Shown piece after piece: positions 24,020-35,010 of a stretch of DNA of 42,380 nucleotides. Made by a program: the position numbers and the translations under genes. Position 1 is the first letter of the stretch. Every line of letters begins with the position of its first letter. A model generated the notes under the pieces. That model had not been told where the DNA came from. It did not search any database and saw only the letters and a program-made list of their open reading frames with translations. The DNA is taken from positions 1 through 42,380 of the forward strand of contig VJWM01000355.1 in the NCBI GenBank assembly GCA_010909165.1, read 5' to 3'. The stretch is from Anthoceros angustus (taxonomy: Eukaryota; Plantae; Anthocerotophyta).

Positions 24020-25490
24020 ATGTCACGCTGCTGCAAATGTTTGTAGTTTAGTGGTGTTCCCACATGCACAAGCCGTGAGAACAGGAAATGTTGTGCTATC
24101 ATGTCGGTTTTTGCACGACATCCATTTGCACCGATCGGCTCTTCCAAGGGGCGGATAAACCCAGCCCCAGTCTCTTGTTCTTCAAGGCTTGACTCATCCT
24201 CCACCAGCCGCCACTGGAGGATCTGGTGCCGAGAGAGCTTGAGGTAAGGGGTAGGCTCTCCATAAAGGAAGGTGGCGAAGTGACGCGGCTGAGCCCAAAG
24301 AGGTCCCAAGTCAATCGGGATTGATAAGGGGCTCAACCCACCGGCCGGGCGCGGGCGGGTGGTGACGAGGCCGGGCGACAGCCTGTGGGACAGTTTAGGG
24401 AGGCATGCAATCTCGCCAAGGCAGAAAAAGCTGCGGTGGCGATCAACAACAGGCAAAATTCGGATGGTGGGGATCAACCGTATGGGATCGGGCGCCAAGT
24501 AGTCAGTTGGTTTGGGAACAAGGGTAGCTTCTTCTCCTCCGAGAGAGCAGAGCCCCGTCCTCGGAGTTAGTGTCCTCAAAAAGGATCGCCATCGTCTCGA
24601 AATGTGAAGGAGTTGCTGGTGGCGACCCATGTCGGGTCGGAGTCGGCCACAGCTCCTTCTCGTGCCGGCTACAAGTGGAGTTCGAACGTAACATGCGGCT
24701 GGGTAACAGATCTCGTGGATCAAACAATTTGTAAGCCACCGCTCACTATATCCAAGGAAGCAAGAGCTAGGGATCATTCCTCCAACTGCACTGGTCTTTG
24801 GTATGTAGGCATAAGTCAGAGAACTCAAGACTCAAGGTGGAGGACGCTAGGTTCGATTCGTAAAACCTCATACCGGTGACAGCTGATGACTGATTGAGGA
24901 TGTAGGTGGCGGACAATGGCTCTGCCTAAGCCCCGAGGAAGGCCAGCTCATAGCAACACGCTGGTCATGAGAGTGGTCCGATTTTTGCGCCCAAAACCCC
25001 GCTTCGTCGGGTAGTAACGCTAATTCTCAATACCTCGCCCTGCAAGAAGTCATCAAAGGTGTTATTCACAATTCCCGTTCACTTCATCACTCGTGATTTT
25101 CAGTAAGTGCAAGTCTCTCGGCAACCAGGAGCCAATCTCGGAAGTAGGAGAACGTGTCACTCTTGAGGTGCATAGGATATGTCCATGAGTACCTACTAAA
25201 ATCATCCGTGAGGGTGAGGTAGTAGCGTGCTCCCCCTAGTGACGGTTCGTGGATCTTTCCGGAGATGTCTGCATGAACCAATTCCAAGATGGTGGTTACC
25301 CTGTGAGCGTGCTTGGAGAAGGGGAGTTCTTTCTGCTTCGCCAATACACAAGATTCGCACACAGGGAGGTGCCGAAAACACTTGGGTAGGGGCTCCGTAT
25401 ACAGGTTTTGTGACGCCATGGATGTAAGCTTGTTTTTGTTAATGTGTCCCAACCTCGCTGCACATATGATGCTGAGGATGGCGGTCGGTC
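24020..25490 (-). pseudogene. pol: Ty1/copia pol: GAG-pre-integrase, integrase core, SH3-like domain, linker, RT N-terminus
   Basis: RLGHINK..CESCVLAKQ..PF..LELVHADISG..SLGGARYYLTLTDDFSRYSW (25087-25452); CFLGYSE / YKLFDP (SH3-like); WRLVEDESSLEEQET..PIG..SRLVHVG (decayed KARLVAKG) and TFA near 24030. Confidence 0.92.
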
Positions 25491-26019
25491 CAAGTCAGGA
25501 ATTGGAGAGGCTCGCCTCCCTGGCCTCAAATGAAGAAGCCTTCAGACCCAGCTGGGCCTTGAGGCACGGTAAAGAGGTCAGGAATCTAAAAGTTTGGGCA
25601 ACCACCCAAAAGAGCCAAGACAACAAGTTTGATTTTTGGCTAGGAGCGATTGAAGAGGAGCATGCCAGAAATTTTCCGAGAATCTTGAAGTTAGAGTAGG
25701 AATATTGTTAGGAAGGCGAAGAGGATATCCTGAAGAAGAACGGGTCGAAACGACGCATTTGGTGCGTGAGGGCAACCGAAAGGTTGGTAGGTCATCACGC
25801 CGAGGTCGCCACCACGGTAGGTCGAGAAGGAGCGTATCATGTGCCGCGTACTACCGTGTAGGTCGACAAATCTCGCCAAAAAGGAAATTTAGAATAGAGG
25901 GGATATCCACTATATATGCTCACCAATAGGGAATAAATATATAGAGTAATTAGAAAGTTTAATTAGGATAGCTGATAGGAAAATAGGTAGTTTAGATAGA
26001 ATTAGGATTTTGGAATGAT

Positions 26020-29000
26020 GAACCCAATCTAGGGTTGTGCGCCGTGGCGTACATCTAAGGAGGGCAAAGTGCGCGCCTCCACTTCAAGAGCTCCGCTGGA
26101 ACGTGAACGCAAAAGGAAGGAAGACGCCATCGCGAGAAGAGGCCATCGCCACGAGCAAGCCGAGGGCGGCTGCGCGCCATCGAAGGAGACCAAAACCGCG
26201 AGGCGTGAGAGAAGGAAGCGGAGTGCCAAGGCAAGGAGAGCTCCAGCACCGGCCACCGGAGAGGAAGTGGAGCGAGCGCCAAGGCACACTGTGGAGCACA
26301 TAGAATTGAAGGCGGAAGAGCGCTAGAATAATCGGCGGCCACCGGAAGAAGGACAACGGAGGAGCGACGCAGGAAGACGCCAGGCTAACGTGTGCAGTGA
26401 AGTGCTACCGGGAGAAGTGAAGAGAAGTTTGGGAGCACCTTTGGAAGTAATTCCTTCCTTTAAACACTTGGAAAGGAAGACGCCATGCCTCGAGGAGGAA
26501 AGGCAAGGGAAGGAGCCAGCAAAGGCTCTCCTCGAGGAGGAAAGGAAGAGCAGCAGGCTACCGCCAGTGAGGGTGAGCTTTGATGCCCCAATTCACTTGC
26601 TTTGGGGGCAGCTCAACCCTGTGGATTTAGTGATTTCAGCAAGGCGAGGAGGAGAACATCCACTAGGATGGGTGTATGGCCGCCAATGGGCCTACACCAA
26701 TTTGGAATTGATTGAGGAGTGTTACATCAACCTCCATCAATCGCGCCCTGCCGATGAAAGGAATGCTGATCCCCGCTGGACCGTAAGGAGCATTCGACAG
26801 TGTATGGAAGACCGGAGGAAGAGAGCTCGAATTGCTCTCCTCGAAAGGTCGAATGGAGGAAGAGGACAGCCTCCGATATCCCGCAGAGTTCCTTGACATG
26901 ATGGATGGAGGAGTGAAGGCCCACGCCAAGAATGGCTGGAAGACCGAGAGCATCAAGGAGTCAAGTGGAGGCTCTTCGCAAAGATTGTGCTGGGGTTGGT
27001 AAATTACCAACGCACTTCTTATTTCAAAGACCAACTTCCTCCAATTTTGTGGAAGATTTCCATGGGAGCCAAGCCGGATTGGGGACCATTATGAAGCACA
27101 TCCACCACCGAGAAGCTCCTCAAGCCAAATTCGGTGGATGAGGAAGGCCCAAGGCCATGCTACCTTAGCACCTATTTGGTGCATTTATGGGAAACCGAGG
27201 GACTTCTCACAAGCAAGGAGCTTGAAGATGCATGGCATCCCTTTGAGGTCATCCACCTCCAGAGGTTGGAAAGGCCTTTGCCTTTTGCATTGCGGAAGAC
27301 GGGGGAGGTCGACTCCACAAGCATGCTAGAAGCAAGAGGAGAAGATGCGAGGCAACAAGGTTGCCGAGTGGGAATCCTTTTCCCCACAGAGCAAGCAAGG
27401 GGAGAGAGCAAGAACCGCCGAGGAAGGCCGAATGGTGGTCTATGAGAGAAGGACTACAGGAGGTGAGAGGAGTGGGGAGTCCCCACCATCTCCTTTGTGC
27501 CTACGAGAGAGGCACCCGCCCTACCCCTAGGGGAGGCCACCAAGGGTGGGCAGCCACCGTGGTAGGGCCACCACCATGGTAGGTAGGCGATCACCAGGGG
27601 AGCACCACCGCAGAGTGCACCCCACGCCAAACAGCCTCACGGTGGGGGAAGGAAGGAGCCTGGCAAGGCTCTCCTCGCGAGAAGGAAGGAAAAAGGGCGG
27701 GGGCTACGCCGGAGGCGAGCTTTGATGCCCCAATTCACTTGCTTTGGGCAGCTCAACCCCGAGATTTGGTTGATTTCGGTGGGGCGAGGAGAACATCCAA
27801 TTAGGATGGGTGTATGGCCAATGGGCCTACACCAATTTGGAATTGATTGAGGAGTGTTACATCAACCTCCATCAATAAGCGCCCTGCGCTAGGAAGGAAT
27901 GCTCGACGGATCCGCTGGACCGTGAGCATTCGACAGTGTAGAGGAGGAGGAAGAGCTCGAATTGCTCTCCTCGAAAGGTCGAATGGAGGAAGAGGACATC
28001 CTCTCGATATCCAAGTTCCTTGACATGATGGATGGAGGTGAAGGCCCACGCCAAGAATGGCTGGAAGACCGAGAGCATCAAGGAGTCAAGTGGAGGCTCT
28101 TCGCAAAGATTGTGCTGGGGTTGGTAAATTACCAACGCACTTCTTATTTCAGACCAACTTCCTCCAATTTTGTGGAAGATTTCCATGGAGCCAAGCCGGA
28201 TTGGGGACTATCATGTATGAGGCGTACATCCACCAGAGAAGCTCCTCAAGCCAAATTCGGTGGATGAGGAAGGCCAAGGCCATCTTAGCACCTATTTGGT
28301 GCATTTATGGGAAACCGAGGGACTTCTCACAAGCAAGGAGCTTGAAGATGCATGGCATCCCTTTGAGGTCATCCACCTCCCGAGGTTGGAAAGGCCTTTG
28401 CCTTTTGCATTGCGGAAGGCGGTGGGAGGTCGACCTCCACAAGCATGCTAGAAGCAAGAGGAGAAGATGCAGGCAACAAGGTTGCGGGTGGGAATCTTTT
28501 CCCCCAGAGCAAGCAAGGGGGAAGAGCGAGCGGCCGAGGAAGGCCGAATGGTCTATGAGAGAAGGACCACAGGGGTGTGACCAAGGGTGGGGAGTCCCCA
28601 CCATCTCCTTTGTGCCTCGAGGCACCCGGACTACCCGGTGAGGCGGTCTACCCAAGGGTGGGGACTACCGTGGTAGGCGGTCACCTACCATGGTAGGGTA
28701 TACTGGGGGAGCACCTACCGTGGCAGCACCCCGCCGCCAGCAGCGTGGAAGGGAAAGGAAGAAGCAGCGGTGCCGGCGGCGCCACCATCTCCGGTGGGAG
28801 GCGGATGGAGAGCGGCAGTGAAGGGACCGCCCGCCCGGCCCGAGAGTGCGGGAGCTGGAAATTTCCAGCAAGAAGAGAGGGTGGAATTAGGACCCCTAGG
28901 AGAATTCTGGGTGCTTGTGAAGCACTCACCGTGGATTTGAAGGGGCTAGGGACCTAGCAGCCTCCTTGTGGGCATGCCAAGAGGAAGTAAATCTCAAGAC

Positions 29001-30200
29001 ATGGCCGGAGGAAGGCAGGACCAAATGGCAATTGGAGGCCATGGAGTCCGATGAAAAGGCAGCTGGAAAAGGTCAGGAGAAGCTCCAACGCGACCTCATG
29101 GAGGCGCGGAGAAGGTCCTAGAGGGAAGGTTGTCAGTCAAGAAAGAGCCATTCGGGCAACACCCAAGGATTCATGGAGGCAGGCGGAAGAGCATTTTGCC
29201 CAATTAGAGCAAGAAAAAGGGCAAAACAGAGGCTCTAGGAGAAGGTAGCGTCCAAAGAATGGACGCAGATGTGTGATGGCTACCCAAGCCATCAAAATCC
29301 GGACATGGGAGAGGAATTGAGAAGGACCCTTAATTTGAAGAGAAGCGGAGCTAGAAGCACAAGACCAAGAGGGAGCGCGAGTGCTCAAGGGGAGAGAAGG
29401 CTTGCTCAAATTAGACTGGAACAAAGGAGGTTCCAGAGGAGGAGCCACAAGAAGGTGGTGCATGAATGCCGGTGGTGAGGAAGCGATTTTGGCATGCCCT
29501 TCGTGCAAAATTGGCCACCATAAAGGAAGTGAGGGAGGAGAATGTGACCTCCATGTCAAGGTGGGGAATTGACCACCTCAAGGGACGCCTACAAGGTAGG
29601 TGTGAAGATGGAGAGTGGCCCACGGAGATTGATGATCTCCAAATGCATACAAGCTTGGGGCTCACCTCCACAACAGATTTGAAGGCCAACAACGAAGTCT
29701 TACTTGGCCAAGAGGAGGACATTGGGTCCTCATGATGATGAAAAGGAGCCGCAACAAGTGCAGCCAGAGGCCTCCGATTTTGATGAGGCCATCAAAATGG
29801 ACTCCGAGGAACTGAGGAGTCGAGGAGGAGAAGGAGCGTGAGCGCCAAAGGTGAAGGTGGCGAGAGCAAGGAGGGGAAAGCCTCCGGGGGTCAACCTACC
29901 ACGGTGGGTGACCACCACCGGTAGTCCGCCACTACCGTGGTAGATGCCCCACACCACGCCGTAGTCCGCCAGACCACCGGGTAGGGCAGTGCGCTGGAGT
30001 GAGTCGCCAAGGCCCGGCAAGATGGATGAAGCCGGGGTCCAGTATACCCCTGAGGAGCAGCTGGGGTGGTGGGGAGACAACCCCACCGGAGGAGACTAAG
30101 GACGGGTCACACGAGGAAGGGGAGGGTGAGAAGTTCCCCGCCCACGAGTAAGGGAGGAAGAGGAGGAGGAGACCAACGCAAGAAGGCCCGAGAGAAGGCA
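26020..30200 (+). pseudogene. Athila-type extra ORF (copy B), Transposase_32-like core present twice
   Basis: GWVYGRQWAYTNLELIEECYINLHQ at ~26667 and again at ~27805; HQGVKWRLFAKIVLGLVNYQRTSYF twice; coiled coil and GRLQGRCEDGEWPTEIDDLQM once. Confidence 0.62.
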
Positions 30201-30806
30201 GAAAATTGGGGAAGAAGACTTTAAAGACATGCTCATGGTAGGTATGGACAACCAAACAAAGAAAGGAAGAGCAATGGAGATCTTGACCCAAGAAACCTCA
30301 CCGAGGAGGAGGAGGAAGAAGGAGATAGGGACCGACTACCATGGTAGGTAGTCACCACCCCTAGTCCGCCGACTACCGCGTAGGGTGCGATGAACGGGCG
30401 CCACCAGTGAGGCGGAGAAAAGGCGCCAGGTGTGGGAGGGGCGCCGATGGAAGGAACAGATTTAGGCGCCCTGGAGATGGAGGAAGGGGAGATTGTACTT
30501 GCCCCACACATTAGGAAGGCGACAAGATCCGGGGCAAGAGCAAAAAGGAGGGCGAGGGAGCCAATCCCAAGGGACATGTCACCACCCCAGTAGATAAGAC
30601 TAAGAATGGTCAATGACCATAAATGAGCTTTGGGGAACGGAAGGATAGGTGGTGTAATCGACATCCTTTAAGGATGGTCTTAGGTGAAGTTACTAGAATA
30701 GAATTTACCAAGGATGTATAATAGATTTAGGTGCCGACATTAAATGTCGTAGGAAATAATAGAAAATTGGAAAAGGTGACCTGAGGGTCACCTAAGGGAG
30801 GTTGTA

Positions 30807-31682
30807 TGTGGAAGGCCTCCTATAAGAGGAGGAGGATTTCACAAAGTAAAGTATCATGTCTTGCGCCCACGCCCATCGAGTCCTTTGCCATTACAGAGGA
30901 ATTTCGTGTACCGTGAGCCAACACGTCTGTAGAGGAAGTCATGTGGTGAGTGCTTGGTGGAGGACTTGCTCTGCAAGTGCCTAAACGAGTTGCTCCCCTT
31001 GTGAATGGTTGCTGGAAATTGCTTTGCTTTGGGTGTGTGGCAAATGCCTGAGAACTCTCGGCTTGAGGGTAGACCAGTGAAAGACTCGAGGTTCTCATGG
31101 TGTCAAACTCATAGCAACCGCCCAAGGAAGAACTTGCGGTGGAGGCCGACCTGTGCTGTGCAAGGGCGAGTCCAAGAAGCCCGAATCGAGGTTAGAATAG
31201 GAGGAAGAGGATGAGAGATGAGAAGATGAGAAGATGAGAAGATGAGAGATGAGAAGATGAGAGATGAGAAGATGAGTAGAGGATTAGAGGTGGTGGGTAG
31301 TGGAAGGCCACGCGAGCCTAAGGGACGAATCCCAACTGCGCAAAAGAGCGCTCCCGAGTGGAGAAGAGTGGTCTTAGAAGTAGGGACGAAATCGCGTGTG
31401 AACGGGGTCCCCGGGCGCCCGTGTAGGCTCCTCGCCGAGGCGGTGACCGCAATTGTTTTGTGTCTGTAGGTCGAGGATTGGCGATTTTCAAGCAGCAAGT
31501 GGTGCACCGGGGGGAGAGAGAGGCGCCTTGCTGGAGAAGGCCGAGAAGTGTGTGTAGCGAGGTGCATCAAGGCCTCGAACTTTCACACAAGTCTCATGGG
31601 ACGAAACCCAACGACGGGCAGTGGGATAAGTGTGGCCGCTTATAGTGGGAGGACTGGGAGTGCCCCTGATTCTCCTACCACA
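30807..31682 (+). repeat. LTR shared between copy B (upstream) and element C (downstream)
   Basis: Termini TGTGGAAGG...CCTACCACA; homologous to 6218-7064; purine run AAGGGAGG at 30794-30801. The start could alternatively be the TG at 30803. Confidence 0.78.
31210..31276 (+). repeat. (GATGAGA[A])n expansion inside the LTR
   Basis: About 9 consecutive GATGAGA/GATGAGAA units read directly. Confidence 0.9.
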
Positions 31683-31700
31683 TTTTGGCGCTGCCGGGAT
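31683..31700 (+). other. tRNA-Asp-type PBS (Athila type), degenerate
   Basis: CA|TTTTGGCGCTGCCGGGA versus the Athila consensus TGGCGCCGTTGCCGGGGA. Confidence 0.72.
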
Positions 31701-32439
31701 TTGTTGAAAGGTTGAAGTTTTGTGGTTTCCATCGCTAGGTCAGATGTTTGAGAAGGACCGAGGGTCGACCATAGGGTGAGAAGAAGGAATTTCACTAAGT
31801 TGTCATAGGGGTGAATGGTTGAGACACTAAAGGGGTGTGATTTGCTTCCTCTTAACACCGTGTTGGAGGACATGAGGATGGTTATGTCGTAGGGGTCGAT
31901 CTCGGGAGATACACGCGGAAGGTCACCACCACCGCCACCGCAAGAGATTTACGAGCCTTGCGAAGAAATCGGCTAAGGAAGAGACCGCGCCGCCACTCGA
32001 GGGCAGGAGGAAGAGGCGAAGTCATAAGAAGAGGAGGAGGAGGAAGTCGCCGGCCTAAGACGAGAAAGCGGAACGACGGACGGGAGAAGAGGAGGAGGAA
32101 GAGGCGAGATCACCGAGAGGAAGGAGGTCGAGAGAGAGAAGGTGTCCGCGATTTAGGAAGGGCGCCTCCGAGCACGAGTTTTCCACCGCGAACGCCGCGA
32201 CGCTTTGCTTCTCAAAGCGGTGACATACCTCAACTTCCAAATAAATCGAGCTGACGACGGTCGCCAGCGGGAATTTCGTGCTTGGTCGGAGGATTTGGCG
32301 GAACGATCGATCTCCGATCGATTGATCTGGGACGAGAGGGAGGTCGCCTCCTCCCGGTAGAAGATTTCGCTCAAGGATCCCGAGTGTTTCCGAAGGCGAG
32401 AGAGTGTTGGGCCGTGGACGCAAAGCATGAGGAGTTGGT

Positions 32440-33720
32440 GGAGGAGGAGGACCGCCCAACTTCATAGTCGCCAAGAATACGCCAAATTCGAGAAGAAGAA
32501 GGGAGATGACGGAGGCGCCAGAACTTTCGAGCACGCCTCCCACGCTAATTTGGAGGATGGAGTCGCCGACCGAACGCATCTTCCGGATCCGAGAGGGCAT
32601 GCCCCAATGCTGGTATGGTCGCACATATAATTCGGCGCCAACTGATTGGGAAGCTCTTAAGGCAGCCTTCTTGAATCGGAGGGCTCGCCACGCACACCAC
32701 ACTTGGCAAGTTGAGAACCCTCCAGGGAAGCGAGAATCTTGTTCGATTATGTGGAGAGGTTTTACGGATATCCGATCGAGTTCAAATGTGCACCCGAGAG
32801 GCCGGAGATCCACCCACTGGTACTCACAAGAACAAGCGTTGGATTGGTTTGTGAGTGGCTTGTCTCGAAAATGGAGGTACACCGCAGCGTGAACTAAGAC
32901 GAAGGTGGGCCTCCGCTTAGCCGAGGAATGGGAGTCCGCCGAGTTGGGGGAGAAGGAGAAGAAGAGGCGAAGTCATAAGAAGAGGAAAGGATCGAGGAGA
33001 TCTAGCTCCTCGCCTTCCTCCGCCTCCAGCTCTCGCCTCGCCCCTCATCGAAGTGAGGATAGCGAACTCAAGAAAGCTCCACATCGGATGAGGAATCGAG
33101 AAGGCCTACGAACGACGAATGAAGAAGGACCGAGAAGGTCAAGAAGAAGGCGGAACGCGCATTGGAGAAGGAGAGGAAAGGGAAGACGTCCGGGATGGAG
33201 AAGGAGAAACGTCGCAGCAGGAGGAGGGATTGCGGACAAGTGGAGGCTTTGACCAAGAGGTTGACCGAGTTAGAGGTCAAGGCGTGAAGAATCAAGCTCC
33301 ACGAAGATCTCCTCACCGAGGCTTGGTGTATTGCTCAATTTGTCATCAAACGGGACACACCAACCGAGAATGTATTCGCACGCGACATGCGTAAATCATG
33401 TGGAAACCGCTGCCGGAGATTATTGGTATGTGGATGAGGCTACAGTGCAAGTCACCGGAAGTCGGCCACCTCAATCAATGAGGCGACTTACCAACCGACT
33501 ACACCGCCTCGGTATGGCGACCGACATCGCCGGACAATGGAGACCGATCCATCACAGAGGCCGATTCCACAGTGTGTCATAATTATGGAGCGTCACTACT
33601 CAAACGAATGCCCGTAACCACGAAGCAAGTAGGTTATGTGCCTGCATGTAAGGAATTGGGGACATAAAATGGGGATCCTGTGTGGGGGCGCGAGTGACAC
33701 CCGACGGGAGTCGACGAGCT
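32440..33720 (+). pseudogene. gag: gag of Athila-like element C with zinc knuckles
   Basis: PTDWEALKAAFL, QALDWFVSGL, a Ser/Arg/Glu-rich linker, YCSICHQTGHTNREC (perfect CX2CX4HX4C), plus two decayed knuckles (..HYSNECP; C..RNWGH....C). Confidence 0.82.
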
Positions 33721-33939
33721 GCAGAAGAGGCACGACCCAACCCAACCGCATCACGACACCGCCGGTCAAGGTGGAGGTGGAATTCCTCGACGATCCAGGT
33801 GACATCGTGATCGTGGAAGAGGGTATGAAGGAGAGATGAGCGGATGAAGGTTGATGGTGGCCAAGGTGACCACCGGATCGGAGCGACGGGAGAAGGACCG
33901 TGGGTGAAAAGCCGGCGCGACCAAGAGGAAGAAAGGCGG

Positions 33940-35010
33940 AGGAAGAGAGCTCGAATTGCTCCTCGAAAGGTCGAATGGAGGGAAGAGGACAGCCCTCCGA
34001 TATCCCGCAGAGTTCCTCGACATGATGGATGGAGGAGTGAAGGCCCACGCCAAGAATGGCTGGAAGACCGAGAGCATCAAGGAGTCAAGTGGAGGCTCTT
34101 CGCAAAAGAAGCTGGGTTGGTAAATTACCAACGACTTTATTTCAAGACCAACTTCCTCCAATTTTTGTGGAAGATTTCCATGGGAGCCAAGGATTGGGGA
34201 CCATTATGTATGAAGGCCTACATCCACCACGAGAAGCTCCTCAAGCCAAATTCGGATGAGGAAGGGCCAAGGCTATACCTTAGCACCTATTTGGTGCATT
34301 TATGGGAAACAGGGACTTCTCACAAGCAAGGAGTTGAAGATGCATGGCATCCTTTGAGGTCATCCATCCACCGAGTTTGGAAAGGCCTTTGCATTGCGAA
34401 GACAAGTGGGAGGTCGACTCCACAAGCATGCTAGAAGCAAGGAGGAGAAGATGCGGAGGCAACAAGGTTGCCGAGTGGGAATCTTTTCCCCACTGTGAGC
34501 AAGCAAGGGAGAGGAGGTGAAGGCCGAGGAAGGCCGAATGGTAGTCTATGAGAGAAGGACTACAGGAGGGGTGACAGCCCCAAGGGTGGGGGAGTCCCCA
34601 CCATCTCCTTTGTGCCGAGAGGCACCGGCCCACTGAGGGGAGGCACACCGGTGGGCAGGGCACCGTGGGGGCCACCACCATGGTAGGTAGGCGCATCACC
34701 AGGGGAGCAGCCACCGCTGTAGGTGCACCCCACGCCGCCAGCAGCCTCACACAGGTGGAAGGGAAGGAGAAGCGAGGTGCCGCGAGCGGCCGAGGCCACC
34801 ATCTCCCGCTGGGTGGGAGAGCGGATGGAGCGAGTGAAGGGACGGCCGCCGCCGATGGCCCGTGTGAGAGCTGGAAATTTCCAGCAAGAAGAAGACAGAG
34901 GGGTGGAATTAGGACCCCTAGGAGAATTGCCGGGAGCTTGTGAAGCACTCACCATGTGGATTTGAAGGGGCTAGGACCCAGCAGCCTCCTTGTGGGCATG
35001 CCAAGAGGAA
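33940..35010 (+). pseudogene. Third, partial copy of the Athila extra ORF located between gag and RT
   Basis: Near-identical wording to 26820-27600 and 27950-28990 (GPRQEWLEDREHQGVKWRLFAK.., YLSTYLVHLWETG..). Homology ends at gggcatgccaagaggaagt (~35010). Confidence 0.8.

Larger units (their letters stand above)
25545..31682 (+). mobile_element. Athila-like copy B: INT C-terminus, extra ORF with internal duplication, LTR
   Basis: Reverse-complement homologue of copy A from ~11170 to 6218 (shared integrase tail, extra ORF, 3' UTR and LTR). Confidence 0.85.

Noticed and set aside
24385-24570. Tudor/chromo-like reading GRQVVSWFGNKGSFF on plus after the PHD
   Set aside because: It lies beyond the junction, on the antisense strand of the copia linker; the resemblance is short and probably chance.
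24013-24828. 271-aa antisense ORF as a novel accessory gene of the PHD-gypsy
   Set aside because: It is a frame mosaic of the copia integrase SH3-like region, linker and RT start (CFLGYSE, EEPIG, SRLVHVG).
26020-30200. Calling the extra ORF an env gene (endogenous retrovirus)
   Set aside because: No evident signal peptide, fusion peptide or transmembrane helix in the sense frame; the hydrophobic-looking ORFs are antisense readings of purine-rich sequence.
32055-32882. 275-aa antisense ORF
   Set aside because: Shadow frame opposite the gag and 5' UTR of element C in GC-rich sequence; no recognisable motif.
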